64,000 nucleotides of DNA from the IMG/VR virus record IMGVR_UViG_3300003877_000001, positions 1 to 64,000 of that record; one strand, 5' to 3'. A model generated the notes under the pieces. That model saw only the letters and a list, made by a program, of their open reading frames with translations, ran no database searches and was not told the origin of the DNA. The first letter of the stretch is position 1, and each line of letters begins with the position of its first letter. Made by a program: the position numbers and the translations under genes. Positions 38,275 through 48,146 of the stretch are shown here, piece after piece.

Positions 38275-40116
38275 ATGGCAGTAAAAAGAGGAAACAAAAG
38301 AAAAAATTCAATTGATCCAGAATCAATTGAACGGGACGAAAATACGACAAGGATTAATGATGAAAAGAAAAGAATTAGGTCTGCTTTAAACAGGGATGTT
38401 AATATATCGGCTAAAAATGTTAGTCAAAAAGACCTAATTAAATCTATATTGAGAAATGAGATAACCATCTGTTCAGGACCTGCTGGTACTGGTAAAGCAC
38501 AACCATTAGATAGTCTTATTTTAACTGAAAATGGTTATGTTAGAATGGGAAATATAAATATTGGTGATAAAATATTTGGTAAAAACGGAAAATTAACTAA
38601 AGTTAATGGTGTTTTTTATCAAGGAAAAAGGGAAGCATATTTGGTTACATTTTCAGATGGGTCAAAAGTTGAATGTTGTGATGAACATTTATGGTTAACA
38701 TATAATGATTATGAAAGAAATTATTTAAAAAATAGTCGTGGTACAATAAAAACATTGTCTGAAATAAACATTAACTATAAGAATAAATCAAATAAATTGA
38801 AATATTCAATTCCTATTGTTGATGCAATTGAGTTTAAGAAAAAAAAATTATTAGTTGATCCATATTTATTAGGGGTATTATTAGGTGATGGTTCACTAAC
38901 AACGACAATTAGAATTAGTAGTTCTGATAAACAAATAATTAATGAATGTGATTCTAGATTACCAAATGATTATTTTATAAAAAAAATAAAATCATCTAAA
39001 TATGATTATTCTATTTTAAATAAAATATCAAACAAAAAATATTCATATAGAAAATATATTAATGAATTAAAGTTAAATGGTATTAAATCTGAAAATAAAT
39101 TTATACCGAATAATTATTTATATTCATCAATAAATGATAGAATTGAATTATTACAAGGACTAATGGATTCAGATGGTACTGTAGATAAAAAAAGTGGAAC
39201 ATTATCATTTACTAGTACATCTAAAGAATTAATTTTAAATTTAAAATTTATTATAGAATCTTTAGGTGGGGTAATAAACCCAATTAAAGAAAAGGTAAAA
39301 AAATATAAATATAAAAATGAAATTAAATTAGGAAGAATTTCATATAGTATGTCATTTAGGTTACCAAATAAAATAATTCCATTTAAATTAAATAGGAAAA
39401 AAGGTTTATTTAAAAATAAAACAAAATATTTCCCTGTTAGATATATAAAAAATATTGAATTTATTGGTAAAAAGGAAATGAAATGTATAAGTGTTGAAGC
39501 TAATGATAATTTATATATTACAAATAATTTTATTATAACACACAATACTTTTATTTCACTTGCTTTAGCATTGGGTTTGTTAAGAGCAGAAAATAATAAA
39601 TTTTTAAAAATTTATCTTGTTAAATCAGTAACAACATTAAAGGGTGAAGAAATTGGATTCTTAAAAGGTGATTTAAATGAAAAAATTGAACCATTCATTT
39701 GGAGTTTTGTATTAAATGTTGAAAAATTATTACCAGATACAAAAATTAAATCATTAATGGAAAATGATTTTATTCGCCCATTTCCTTTAGCATATGCACG
39801 TGGTGCATCAATTGATAATGCTATTATTATAGCTGATGAAGTACAAAATATTTCAATAGGTAATATGCGTACTTTAATGACTAGAATAGGTGAAGATAGT
39901 AAAATGATTTTATTAGGTGATTCTAATCAAATTGATTTAAGAAATAAAGATGAAAGTTCGTTAGATATTTTATTAAATATGTTTAAAAATGTTGAAGAAA
40001 TTGGATGTATTAGTATGAATGATAAAGATGTAAATATTAGAAATCCAATAATAAATAAAATCGAAGATAAATTTAAAGAACATAATGATGAAAAAATCAG
40101 AAGAAAATCAAAATAA
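38275..40116 (+). CDS. phoH: PhoH-like ATPase interrupted by an intein
   Basis: GPAGTGK|T P-loop, LAYARGASIDN, ADEVQN, LMTRIGE, GDSNQIDL. Confidence 0.9.
   Translation: MAVKRGNKRKNSIDPESIERDENTTRINDEKKRIRSALNRDVNISAKNVSQKDLIKSILRNEITICSGPAGTGKAQPLDSLILTENGYVRMGNINIGDKIFGKNGKLTKVNGVFYQGKREAYLVTFSDGSKVECCDEHLWLTYNDYERNYLKNSRGTIKTLSEININYKNKSNKLKYSIPIVDAIEFKKKKLLVDPYLLGVLLGDGSLTTTIRISSSDKQIINECDSRLPNDYFIKKIKSSKYDYSILNKISNKKYSYRKYINELKLNGIKSENKFIPNNYLYSSINDRIELLQGLMDSDGTVDKKSGTLSFTSTSKELILNLKFIIESLGGVINPIKEKVKKYKYKNEIKLGRISYSMSFRLPNKIIPFKLNRKKGLFKNKTKYFPVRYIKNIEFIGKKEMKCISVEANDNLYITNNFIITHNTFISLALALGLLRAENNKFLKIYLVKSVTTLKGEEIGFLKGDLNEKIEPFIWSFVLNVEKLLPDTKIKSLMENDFIRPFPLAYARGASIDNAIIIADEVQNISIGNMRTLMTRIGEDSKMILLGDSNQIDLRNKDESSLDILLNMFKNVEEIGCISMNDKDVNIRNPIINKIEDKFKEHNDEKIRRKSK
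38497..39546 (+). mobile_element. Intein with LAGLIDADG endonuclease (350 aa)
   Basis: Starts AQPL, ends ITHN, +1 residue Thr; LLGVLLGDGS and LLQGLMDSDG motifs. Confidence 0.92.
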
Positions 40117-40393
40117 ACTAATATTAGTATATTATATATCAATTGCTGATGTTGAGATTGATGCTGTTGAAGAATTTATGGAAAGAGTTATGAATAAAAT
40201 ATCTTCAAATTCTGTAAGTGAAAATAGTGAAATTATTGCTATCCCGATTTATGGTGAAAGTAGGGTAGATTGTATTAATCCTAAATATATAACTGATAGT
40301 AATTTAATAAAAAAGCATGAAAGACTAATGAGTGAACTTCATGAAAAATTAAATAATCAAATTGAAGAATTAAATAATAAAACAAATGAGTGA
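40085..40393 (+). CDS. Hypothetical protein
   Basis: 102-aa ORF, coupled in the operon. Confidence 0.65.
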   Translation: MMKKSEENQNKLILVYYISIADVEIDAVEEFMERVMNKISSNSVSENSEIIAIPIYGESRVDCINPKYITDSNLIKKHERLMSELHEKLNNQIEELNNKTNE

Positions 40394-40793
40394 TTTTAAT
40401 GATGAAGATTTTCATAAATTTATAGATAGGATTAATGATAAATTAGATAATAATCCAGAATTAAGAGAAGAAATCGAACAAAATGTTAGTAGATTATCTG
40501 AAATATTTGAAACAAATGTAAATATTGATTTAGAATATTATCCAAATGCTGAAAATTATATGGATATTTTTGGAGAATATGATGATGAAGATTTTAATGG
40601 TGTAATTATACAACCTGATTTAGAATCACCAATGACATTAAATAATTTAAAAACAATGTTAAATGACGAAGAAGGTGATTTATATTTATCTATTGATCCT
40701 CTTTACATTAAAGATGGAATAAATGACATAAATGATATGCTAATTACAACAGTAAAAGATAGAATAATATTAATACCAACAATAAAAAAATAA
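40386..40793 (+). CDS. Hypothetical acidic protein
   Basis: 135-aa ORF, coupled in the operon. Confidence 0.6.
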   Translation: MSDFNDEDFHKFIDRINDKLDNNPELREEIEQNVSRLSEIFETNVNIDLEYYPNAENYMDIFGEYDDEDFNGVIIQPDLESPMTLNNLKTMLNDEEGDLYLSIDPLYIKDGINDINDMLITTVKDRIILIPTIKK

Positions 40794-40794
40794 A

Positions 40795-41568
40795 ATGAAA
40801 AAAGTAATAGGAATAGATATTAATGAAGTATTAAGATCAAGATCAATGCAATTTGATAGATTTTATGCTATGGAATTTGGTGAAGAAGGATGTCCATCAT
40901 CAGATGACCCATATAAATTTGATTTAAGAAATGATTATGTATGGGAAGATGGTGAAGAAACAACTAAATTTTTAAATGAAGATTTACCTGATGATATTTC
41001 ACCAATAGATTATACTATTGATGAAAAAACAGGTGAAGCACCTGTTGATAGTATGGCATTTAAATCTGAAACTAAAACGGTTACTGCTGATGAAAAATAT
41101 AAAAGATTTATGTATGAAGATTTTAATTTTGAAATACATGGTTCAGCATCACCAACATATAATGGTCTAGATAAACATTTAGAATTGTTTTATAAAACAT
41201 ATAAAGATCAATTTGATATTAAAATAGTATCAAAAGAAAATTGGTTTACAATTCCACCAACATTATTTTTTCTTTCTAAATTAATGCCTAGAATAGGTCA
41301 ATACCATTTTGTTGAAACCAATAAAGAGATTTGGGATTCTGTTGATATTCTATTAACAACTGATCCTGAACTACTTAATAGACCTATAGAAAAAAAAGTT
41401 GTTAAAATAACAAGACCTTATAATGATGGATTAGAAGCTGATTTTGATGTTTTACAAATTATTGATTTAATTGAAAATGAATTTGACGAAGAAACTAAAA
41501 AAATAAAAATAAAAAAATCGTGTAGAGATTTCCAAGAATTTATTGGATTTAAAAATACAGAAGAATAA
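40795..41568 (+). CDS. HAD-superfamily 5'(3')-deoxyribonucleotidase-like protein (degenerate motif I)
   Basis: IGIDINEVL (DxN instead of DxD), KITRPYN. Confidence 0.6.
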   Translation: MKKVIGIDINEVLRSRSMQFDRFYAMEFGEEGCPSSDDPYKFDLRNDYVWEDGEETTKFLNEDLPDDISPIDYTIDEKTGEAPVDSMAFKSETKTVTADEKYKRFMYEDFNFEIHGSASPTYNGLDKHLELFYKTYKDQFDIKIVSKENWFTIPPTLFFLSKLMPRIGQYHFVETNKEIWDSVDILLTTDPELLNRPIEKKVVKITRPYNDGLEADFDVLQIIDLIENEFDEETKKIKIKKSCRDFQEFIGFKNTEE

Positions 41569-41590
41569 TATAAATTAAAAATATAAAATA

Positions 41591-42760
41591 ATGGTAAATA
41601 AAAGAGAAGAAGAAATTCAAAATGCTGAAATTTCAAAAATTAATAAAGTAGAAGTAGCACTTAATAAATTAAAAAATAAGGAATCAAGAATATTAATGTT
41701 TGTTGCAAAAGGAACAAATCCAGCTGCATCAGTATATGAAATTTATTTTCATGCTAAAACATTAAAAAATTTGGGGTATAATGTAACGATGTTAACAGAT
41801 GTTGTTGATTATGAAATTCCTAGCTGGATAGAACCAGAATTAACTAACATTACACATGAACCAATGGAAAAAGCAAAATTAACTGTTGGAACACAAGATA
41901 TGGTTATAATACCTGAAATATTTTCAAATGTTATGGAACAAACTAAAAATTTACCATGTATTAGAGTAGGTTTATTACAATCGTTAGATTATAAGTTAAA
42001 TAGTTTACTTCCTGCAACAGATTGGACATCATTTGGTATTACTGAAGTTATTACAACAACAGATGAAGTTGTTAATTTAATAAATGAATTTTATCGTAAT
42101 GCTAATTTTAATATAAATGTTTCAGCACCAGCAATTCCAGATTATTTTAATAACACTAAAAATGTGATAAAAAGACCAGTAATTTCTATTGTTGGTAGAA
42201 ATCCTAATGAAATATCTAAAATTGTAAAATTATTTTATTCAAGAAATCCACAATTTGGTTGGATAACTTTTGATTCTATGATTACAGACTCAAAACCACC
42301 TTCACCATTAAGAAGAATTGATTATGCTGAAAGACTAAAGAAAAATTTTGCAACTGTTTGGGTTGATAGAATTTCAACATTCGGTACACTACCACTTGAA
42401 GCAATGAAAGCAGGATCAATACCAATTGCATTAGTACCAGACATTACACCAGAATATTTATTAGATGATGATGGTGAATTTATTGAAAATTCTGGTGTTT
42501 GGACTAGAGATATATATTCTCTCCCAATATTAATTGGAGATTTAGTAACTAAATTTTTAGATGATACTATTGATGATAAAGTATATGAAACAATGTCAAC
42601 AATTGCAAATAAATATACTGTTGAAAAAGCAACTAAGAGATTAGAAAAAATTTATAGTGATATTTTTCAAACACGTATTGATTTACTTCAAAAAGTTGTT
42701 GATGATTATAATAAAGCACAAGAAGTTACTACATCAACTGATGAAGAAATTAAAAAATAA
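41591..42760 (+). CDS. GT-B (GT4-like) glycosyltransferase
   Basis: VIIPEIF, STFGTLPLEAMKAGSIP. Confidence 0.7.
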   Translation: MVNKREEEIQNAEISKINKVEVALNKLKNKESRILMFVAKGTNPAASVYEIYFHAKTLKNLGYNVTMLTDVVDYEIPSWIEPELTNITHEPMEKAKLTVGTQDMVIIPEIFSNVMEQTKNLPCIRVGLLQSLDYKLNSLLPATDWTSFGITEVITTTDEVVNLINEFYRNANFNINVSAPAIPDYFNNTKNVIKRPVISIVGRNPNEISKIVKLFYSRNPQFGWITFDSMITDSKPPSPLRRIDYAERLKKNFATVWVDRISTFGTLPLEAMKAGSIPIALVPDITPEYLLDDDGEFIENSGVWTRDIYSLPILIGDLVTKFLDDTIDDKVYETMSTIANKYTVEKATKRLEKIYSDIFQTRIDLLQKVVDDYNKAQEVTTSTDEEIKK

Positions 42761-42783
42761 TTTAAATTAAAAATATAAAGAAA

Positions 42784-43596
42784 ATGAATATAACAACAAT
42801 AATACCTGTTCACGAATATAGTGAAGAAATTGAAAAATTACTTACTAATGCTCTTGATAGTATTTCTAAGCAAGATAAAATTGGAAAAGAAAGACCAGTA
42901 ACATTATTAGTATTTGCTGCTAAAATTGAAAAAGAAATTAATAAATTTGTTGATAAATATGAAACAGAGGTTAATTTAGTTTTACTTAAAAACGAAGATA
43001 AAACTGATTTTCAAAGTCAAATAAATTATGGTGTTGAAAATGTTGAAACCGATTGGTTCACTATACTAGAATTTGATGATGAATTAAGTACAACATATTA
43101 TAAAAATGCTTTAGATCATATTTCTAGTGTTGATAATATTGAATTATTTCTACCCATAATAGTTGAAACTAATAATAAGGAAGAAATTCTTAAAATAACT
43201 AATGAAACTGTTTGGTCTAAACAATTTGTTGGTGAAAATGGTGAAATGGGTTATCTAAATGTAAACGCACTTAATCAATATACTGACTTCAAATTTAGTG
43301 GTGGAATTTTCAATACTGAAGACTTTAAAGCTGTTGGTGGGTTAAAATCAAATATAATATTAACATTTACATATGAATATCTATTAAGAGTTCTTAATAA
43401 TGGTGGTAATATTTATATTATTCCTAAAATAGGACTAAAACACTTTGCAACTAGAGAAGGTAGTTTATTTGATACTTATAGTACTACATTATCAATAAAT
43501 GAAAGAAAATTTTGGTTTGATACTGCAAAAAAAGAATCTAATTTTATAAGTGATAGAATTATAGATATGTCATTGCTAAAAGCAAACGAAAAATAA
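42784..43596 (+). CDS. GT2-like glycosyltransferase
   Basis: TTIIPVH, FQSQINYGV, ILEFDDE. Confidence 0.75.
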   Translation: MNITTIIPVHEYSEEIEKLLTNALDSISKQDKIGKERPVTLLVFAAKIEKEINKFVDKYETEVNLVLLKNEDKTDFQSQINYGVENVETDWFTILEFDDELSTTYYKNALDHISSVDNIELFLPIIVETNNKEEILKITNETVWSKQFVGENGEMGYLNVNALNQYTDFKFSGGIFNTEDFKAVGGLKSNIILTFTYEYLLRVLNNGGNIYIIPKIGLKHFATREGSLFDTYSTTLSINERKFWFDTAKKESNFISDRIIDMSLLKANEK

Positions 43597-43620
43597 CTCT
43601 AAATTGATAATTTATGATAT

Positions 43621-44382
43621 ATGACAACAAAAAGAAAATTAAAAGTTGGAACACTATACTTTGCAGAACGTGAAGAACAAGCAGTGGTAGATTATATTAA
43701 TGCTAATAGTTCTGATATAAGACATAAAATATATAATGATATTTTAAGAGAGCCATTCAGAAAAATGACTGAATCAATACTCCGTAGGTATCCAATACAT
43801 ATTGGAAATTATGATATTCATGAAGTAGAAGCAGATGCTTTATCACACTTAATTGTTCAAATGGTTAAATTTAATCCAAATAAAATTAATAAGGCAGGAA
43901 AGAAAGTAAAAGCTTTTAGTTATTGTCAAACAATTGTAAGAAATTTTTATAAAGATCATAGTAAAAAAAGTAATAAGGAAAAATTAACTTTATTATCGTG
44001 GGAAGATTATTCATCTGATGTAATGGGTAGAGATGAGTATCTATATGAAATAGATGGGTATTATAATGATCTTGAAATATTAATGAAACAAATAATTAAA
44101 AGTATGAGAGAAAGAATAGATACCGATGCTTCTTTAAAGAAAAATGAAATTATTGTTGGTGAAGCAATTATTGATGTATTATCCAATTGGCATATCTTAT
44201 TCATGGAAGATACTCCTGATGGTAAAGTTACTAAAAAAATAACAAATAAATATCAGAAGAATAAAATTTTACAACTCCTAAAAGAACAAACAAGGCTCAA
44301 CACTAAAGAAATTAGAATATCAATGAAGCCATTTAAAGAGATATATTATTTAGAAAAGAAAACTTTCTATGAAGACGAATAG
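43621..44382 (+). CDS. Phage sigma factor-like protein (T4 gp55-like, putative late sigma)
   Basis: KFNP....KAFSYCQTIVRNF resembles sigma region 2.3-2.4. Confidence 0.6.
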   Translation: MTTKRKLKVGTLYFAEREEQAVVDYINANSSDIRHKIYNDILREPFRKMTESILRRYPIHIGNYDIHEVEADALSHLIVQMVKFNPNKINKAGKKVKAFSYCQTIVRNFYKDHSKKSNKEKLTLLSWEDYSSDVMGRDEYLYEIDGYYNDLEILMKQIIKSMRERIDTDASLKKNEIIVGEAIIDVLSNWHILFMEDTPDGKVTKKITNKYQKNKILQLLKEQTRLNTKEIRISMKPFKEIYYLEKKTFYEDE

Positions 44383-44426
44383 TATAAAGTTTTGTTATAC
44401 TCAGTATTTATATTAAATATTGTATT

Positions 44427-44789
44427 ATGCCAAGAAAGAAAAGAACCAAGTTAAAATTTACTGAAGATGGTGTGAATCAATACATGCAAGAACTGTATGA
44501 TGATTCATTTACTTTAAAATCAAAAATTGATGTATTATTCAGAAAATGGGAAGCTAAAATTAAAGAAGGTGGTGAAATTGCTGCAATGGGCGATAGTATC
44601 GTTAAATTAATAGGTGCTATGGCAAAAAACCAAGATCAAAGAATTATGATTTTAAAATATCTTAAAGAAATTGTATTTGTTGATGGTAAAAATGGTGAAA
44701 ATACACCAGAATCTGGTAATACTGATAGAGAAGCAATTATTAAAGCTGCTCAAGATGCAATGAAAGAATTAGAAAAAAAGAAAGATTAA
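44427..44789 (+). CDS. Hypothetical protein
   Basis: 120-aa ORF; AGTATTTAT at 44403. Confidence 0.65.
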   Translation: MPRKKRTKLKFTEDGVNQYMQELYDDSFTLKSKIDVLFRKWEAKIKEGGEIAAMGDSIVKLIGAMAKNQDQRIMILKYLKEIVFVDGKNGENTPESGNTDREAIIKAAQDAMKELEKKKD

Positions 44790-44795
44790 AATGGG

Positions 44796-46103
44796 ATGGG
44801 GATTATTGATAATAAAAGAAACGTATTTAGCCAAATTGGTGCATTAACATCGGTTAAGGATAATCAAAATGTACCAAATCCAAAAGATTCTATATCATCA
44901 ATAAATAATTCAAAAGAAATTGTACCTTTTTTATTAGATCTATTAGTTGTAATGGTAGGTAGTGAAAAATTAAAAAGTACTGTTGGTGAATTAATGACAA
45001 CATTCATTAGAAATGTTGAACCGAAATTAAAAGATGAATTAAAAAATCAAACAATTGAGTTTAATTCAGATCAAACATTACCATCATCATTTAATACTAG
45101 TGGTATTGCCGTACCAGCAGGGGATATTGATACTTACGAAAAATTAAAAACCGATCCATCATCACAAACAGGTAGTTTATTATATAATAATAATCCTAAT
45201 GATTTTGATGTGAAATCACGTAGTGCACAAGTAAATGCTGGTACTGATGTAACATTTAATAATACGAAAATAAATTTTAATGCAACATCAAATGAGTTTA
45301 GATATAAACCTACTAATTCATCTCAAACAATTGGAGATTTTACTAATGATTATATAGATGGTCTTACAATTATTAATGAAAAAGAATTTACATCTAAAAT
45401 AACAAATCAAATATTTGGTACAATAGATACTAATCAAAATAAAACTCAAAATCAATTAATATTAGAAGGAAAGTTAGATAAGAGTATAAACAAATTAATT
45501 AATGAAGCAGAATCGATTGAAATATCTGATGATGAACTTCGTAAAATTGAACAAGATGCTCAAAAAAGATTAGAAGGAATTCAAGATGTTGATGTTGGTT
45601 GTGGTGTTTTAATTAATATTGTTACATTAGATTCATTAGAAAATATGATTAGTATTACAACAGGTAGTACAGATCCCCTTACCGTAGGTAATGCATATTT
45701 AGAACTTGTTGAAAGTGGTTTTGATCCTGAAGATGAATCACAAGCAAAGGAAGATGGTGAGACAATAAAAGATGGATTTTTAAAACGTTTAATTAATGCT
45801 ATTGTTAGTACGTTAGTAGGTTCTGTAATATCACCACCACAAATAAGAGCATTATTTGCAATGACATCAGCATTTAAAAATAATGGAGTACCAGATATTG
45901 GTGACCCAATTGATGATTTAGTTAAAAGAAGAAAACTTGCAGATTGTTTAGCTAAACAAGCAAAAGCAACAATAAATGAATTTTTATTCGAATTAATAAA
46001 AAATGAAATGTTAAATTTAATTATTCCAGTAAGTAAATTAATATTAAAGGAAAAAATTAATCAGTATTTACAAATACTAAGAAGTTTAATAGGATTTATA
46101 TAA
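44796..46103 (+). CDS. Putative virion protein
   Basis: 435-aa ORF in a late-motif operon upstream of the gp5-like gene. Confidence 0.55.
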   Translation: MGIIDNKRNVFSQIGALTSVKDNQNVPNPKDSISSINNSKEIVPFLLDLLVVMVGSEKLKSTVGELMTTFIRNVEPKLKDELKNQTIEFNSDQTLPSSFNTSGIAVPAGDIDTYEKLKTDPSSQTGSLLYNNNPNDFDVKSRSAQVNAGTDVTFNNTKINFNATSNEFRYKPTNSSQTIGDFTNDYIDGLTIINEKEFTSKITNQIFGTIDTNQNKTQNQLILEGKLDKSINKLINEAESIEISDDELRKIEQDAQKRLEGIQDVDVGCGVLINIVTLDSLENMISITTGSTDPLTVGNAYLELVESGFDPEDESQAKEDGETIKDGFLKRLINAIVSTLVGSVISPPQIRALFAMTSAFKNNGVPDIGDPIDDLVKRRKLADCLAKQAKATINEFLFELIKNEMLNLIIPVSKLILKEKINQYLQILRSLIGFI

Positions 46104-46112
46104 AATAAAATT

Positions 46113-46283
46113 ATGATAACAGATCAAAAAATAAACAAAATCGTAGGAGTATATTTAATAGGTAATGATATTGAGAATATGACTCAATTAGCTGTTGGAT
46201 TTAAACCTAATTGGTTTAGAAGAATATGTACACAACTTTTTCTAGGATGGAAATGGGTTAGTGTAGAAGAATTAAAAAAATAA
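46113..46283 (+). CDS. Small hypothetical protein, 56 aa (not in ORF track)
   Basis: My translation: MITDQKINK...KPNWFRRICTQLFLGWKWVSVEELKK*; fills the operon gap. Confidence 0.65.
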   Translation: MITDQKINKIVGVYLIGNDIENMTQLAVGFKPNWFRRICTQLFLGWKWVSVEELKK

Positions 46284-46284
46284 T

Positions 46285-46692
46285 ATGGCAACAGATTTCG
46301 GCAATTTAGATTCAATTATTGGTGGATTCAATAGAATATTACAAATACAAACTATTGGTGCTCCTACTAATATACCCTCACCATTAATATTGATTGGTGC
46401 ACCAAGAAGATCTGGATTATCTCCAACAGCAATAGCTTCAAGAATAATAACAAGAAAAAGTGAAGCAGGGTTACCTGTTGGTGCATTACCTTCTGGTGGT
46501 GTTGCACCTGATGAAATAATGGAAAGAATTAGAGTTGAAGAAATAATTAAAGCATTTCAAAATGAAAGTTTGATTACAGTTGTAATACCACCCGGTACTT
46601 CATTAACAGCAGCAGGTGCTTCGGTGGCAGGACCTGTTACAGTAGTAGGTTCAACAATAACATTAACAAAAGGATATGGAGTAATACAATAA
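46285..46692 (+). CDS. Putative virion/baseplate protein
   Basis: 135 aa, G/P-rich, near the gp5-like gene. Confidence 0.55.
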   Translation: MATDFGNLDSIIGGFNRILQIQTIGAPTNIPSPLILIGAPRRSGLSPTAIASRIITRKSEAGLPVGALPSGGVAPDEIMERIRVEEIIKAFQNESLITVVIPPGTSLTAAGASVAGPVTVVGSTITLTKGYGVIQ

Positions 46693-46904
46693 TGAAGGAT
46701 TTAAATGAAATGACCCCAATAGAGTTGAATATATTAGTAAATAAGATAAATGAAAATCATCAAATGGTTAGAGATGAAATATATAAATCACTAGACCAAG
46801 TTGATGATCTAAAGAAAACTATAAATTCTAAATTAATAATAATGAAAAATTTAGAAGATAAATATGTTGAAATAATGGGTGTTTTAATGTCAAAACAAGA
46901 ATAA
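46692..46904 (+). CDS. Hypothetical coiled-coil protein
   Basis: 70-aa ORF, coupled. Confidence 0.6.
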   Translation: MKDLNEMTPIELNILVNKINENHQMVRDEIYKSLDQVDDLKKTINSKLIIMKNLEDKYVEIMGVLMSKQE

Positions 46905-46905
46905 A

Positions 46906-47793
46906 ATGTACGAAAAGAAACACATACAACAAACTAACACATATAAAAAACAAACAAACCAAGAAGCAAAAATAAAAAGTGTTTATTGGGGTGAAGTTAT
47001 ATCTATTGTAGATACAACTGATGGTGGTAGAATTAAAGTACGTATTCATGATCTTGATAATCAAATAACCAATAAAAATCTAGTTGATTGTTACCCATTA
47101 ATTCCTAAATTTTTACACGTATATCCTAAAGTTGGAGAAGTTGTAAGAATTATTTTAGAAGATTTACAATATCCACAAAGAGGTAGATATTGGGTTGGTA
47201 GCGTAATATCACAACCACAAAAAATTAATTTTGATAATATTTATACGGCATTATCGACAACACATCAAGCAGTATCTACACCAGAAATAGCACCTTCAAA
47301 TGTTCCAGAAGCAACTGGTATTTATCCAGAATTAGCTGACGTTGCTTTATTAGGTAGAGATAATACTGACATTATTTTACGTGAAAGAGATATTGAACTT
47401 AGAGCAGGTAAACACGAATTAGAAAATAATCTTAAATTAAATAAATTAAATCCAGCATCAATAAGACTTAGTTTTGATATTTCTACTGGTAATAGTGAAA
47501 CTGTGAGTTCTAATGTTGTAATGGCAGATAGAATTGCCTTAATATCTCACGATGGTATTCCTAAATTTAAAGGAGTCGAATTAGATGCTGCTGACAGGAA
47601 TAAAATATTTTCTGAGGCACATCCATTAGGTCGTGGAGATGTTATTGTGGATGCGCTAGAAATACTACGTAAAGCAATAATTCAACATATACATCCATAC
47701 GCTAGTCTACCAGTTGACAAATCAGGAATAGTTATTGACCTAGAGAAAATAGACTTTACTCAATTACTACAAAAAAATATAGTTATAAATTAA
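46906..47793 (+). CDS. Baseplate hub/spike protein (T4 gp5 N-terminal OB-fold-like)
   Basis: YWGEVISIVD..DGGRIKVRI, PKVGEVV, RYWVG. Confidence 0.75.
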   Translation: MYEKKHIQQTNTYKKQTNQEAKIKSVYWGEVISIVDTTDGGRIKVRIHDLDNQITNKNLVDCYPLIPKFLHVYPKVGEVVRIILEDLQYPQRGRYWVGSVISQPQKINFDNIYTALSTTHQAVSTPEIAPSNVPEATGIYPELADVALLGRDNTDIILRERDIELRAGKHELENNLKLNKLNPASIRLSFDISTGNSETVSSNVVMADRIALISHDGIPKFKGVELDAADRNKIFSEAHPLGRGDVIVDALEILRKAIIQHIHPYASLPVDKSGIVIDLEKIDFTQLLQKNIVIN

Positions 47794-47795
47794 AT

Positions 47796-48122
47796 GAACC
47801 ACTAAAAAATAATAGATTTTTAGTTACTTTTACCGAAGGAATTAATATAGATGTAATACAAGTACAAAAACTTAAAATAACAAAAGATTTTCATACAATG
47901 GAAATAATGGAAATTGTTGGAAAACCTACAATATTTAACAATATTGAAATTAATACAGAAGTGAAATATGCAATTGATTTAGTAGACCCAACAGGTAAAT
48001 CATCAGAAACATTAAAATTTGAAGGTAAAATTGAAAATATGGAAATGAGTGAATTATCATATAATAATGATTCTATATTAACAACAAATATCCTAATTAA
48101 ACTAAAAACCTTGAAAATTTAA
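47796..48122 (+). CDS. Degenerate tail-tube paralogue; homology begins upstream of the first ATG (47898)
   Basis: EPLKNNRFLVTF resembles EPKRENRFFAEF of 49014..49502; also LVDPTG versus ALDPTG. Confidence 0.55.
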   Translation, partial: EPLKNNRFLVTFTEGINIDVIQVQKLKITKDFHTMEIMEIVGKPTIFNNIEINTEVKYAIDLVDPTGKSSETLKFEGKIENMEMSELSYNNDSILTTNILIKLKTLKI

Positions 48123-48146
48123 ATAATTAATAGTATTATTGTATTT

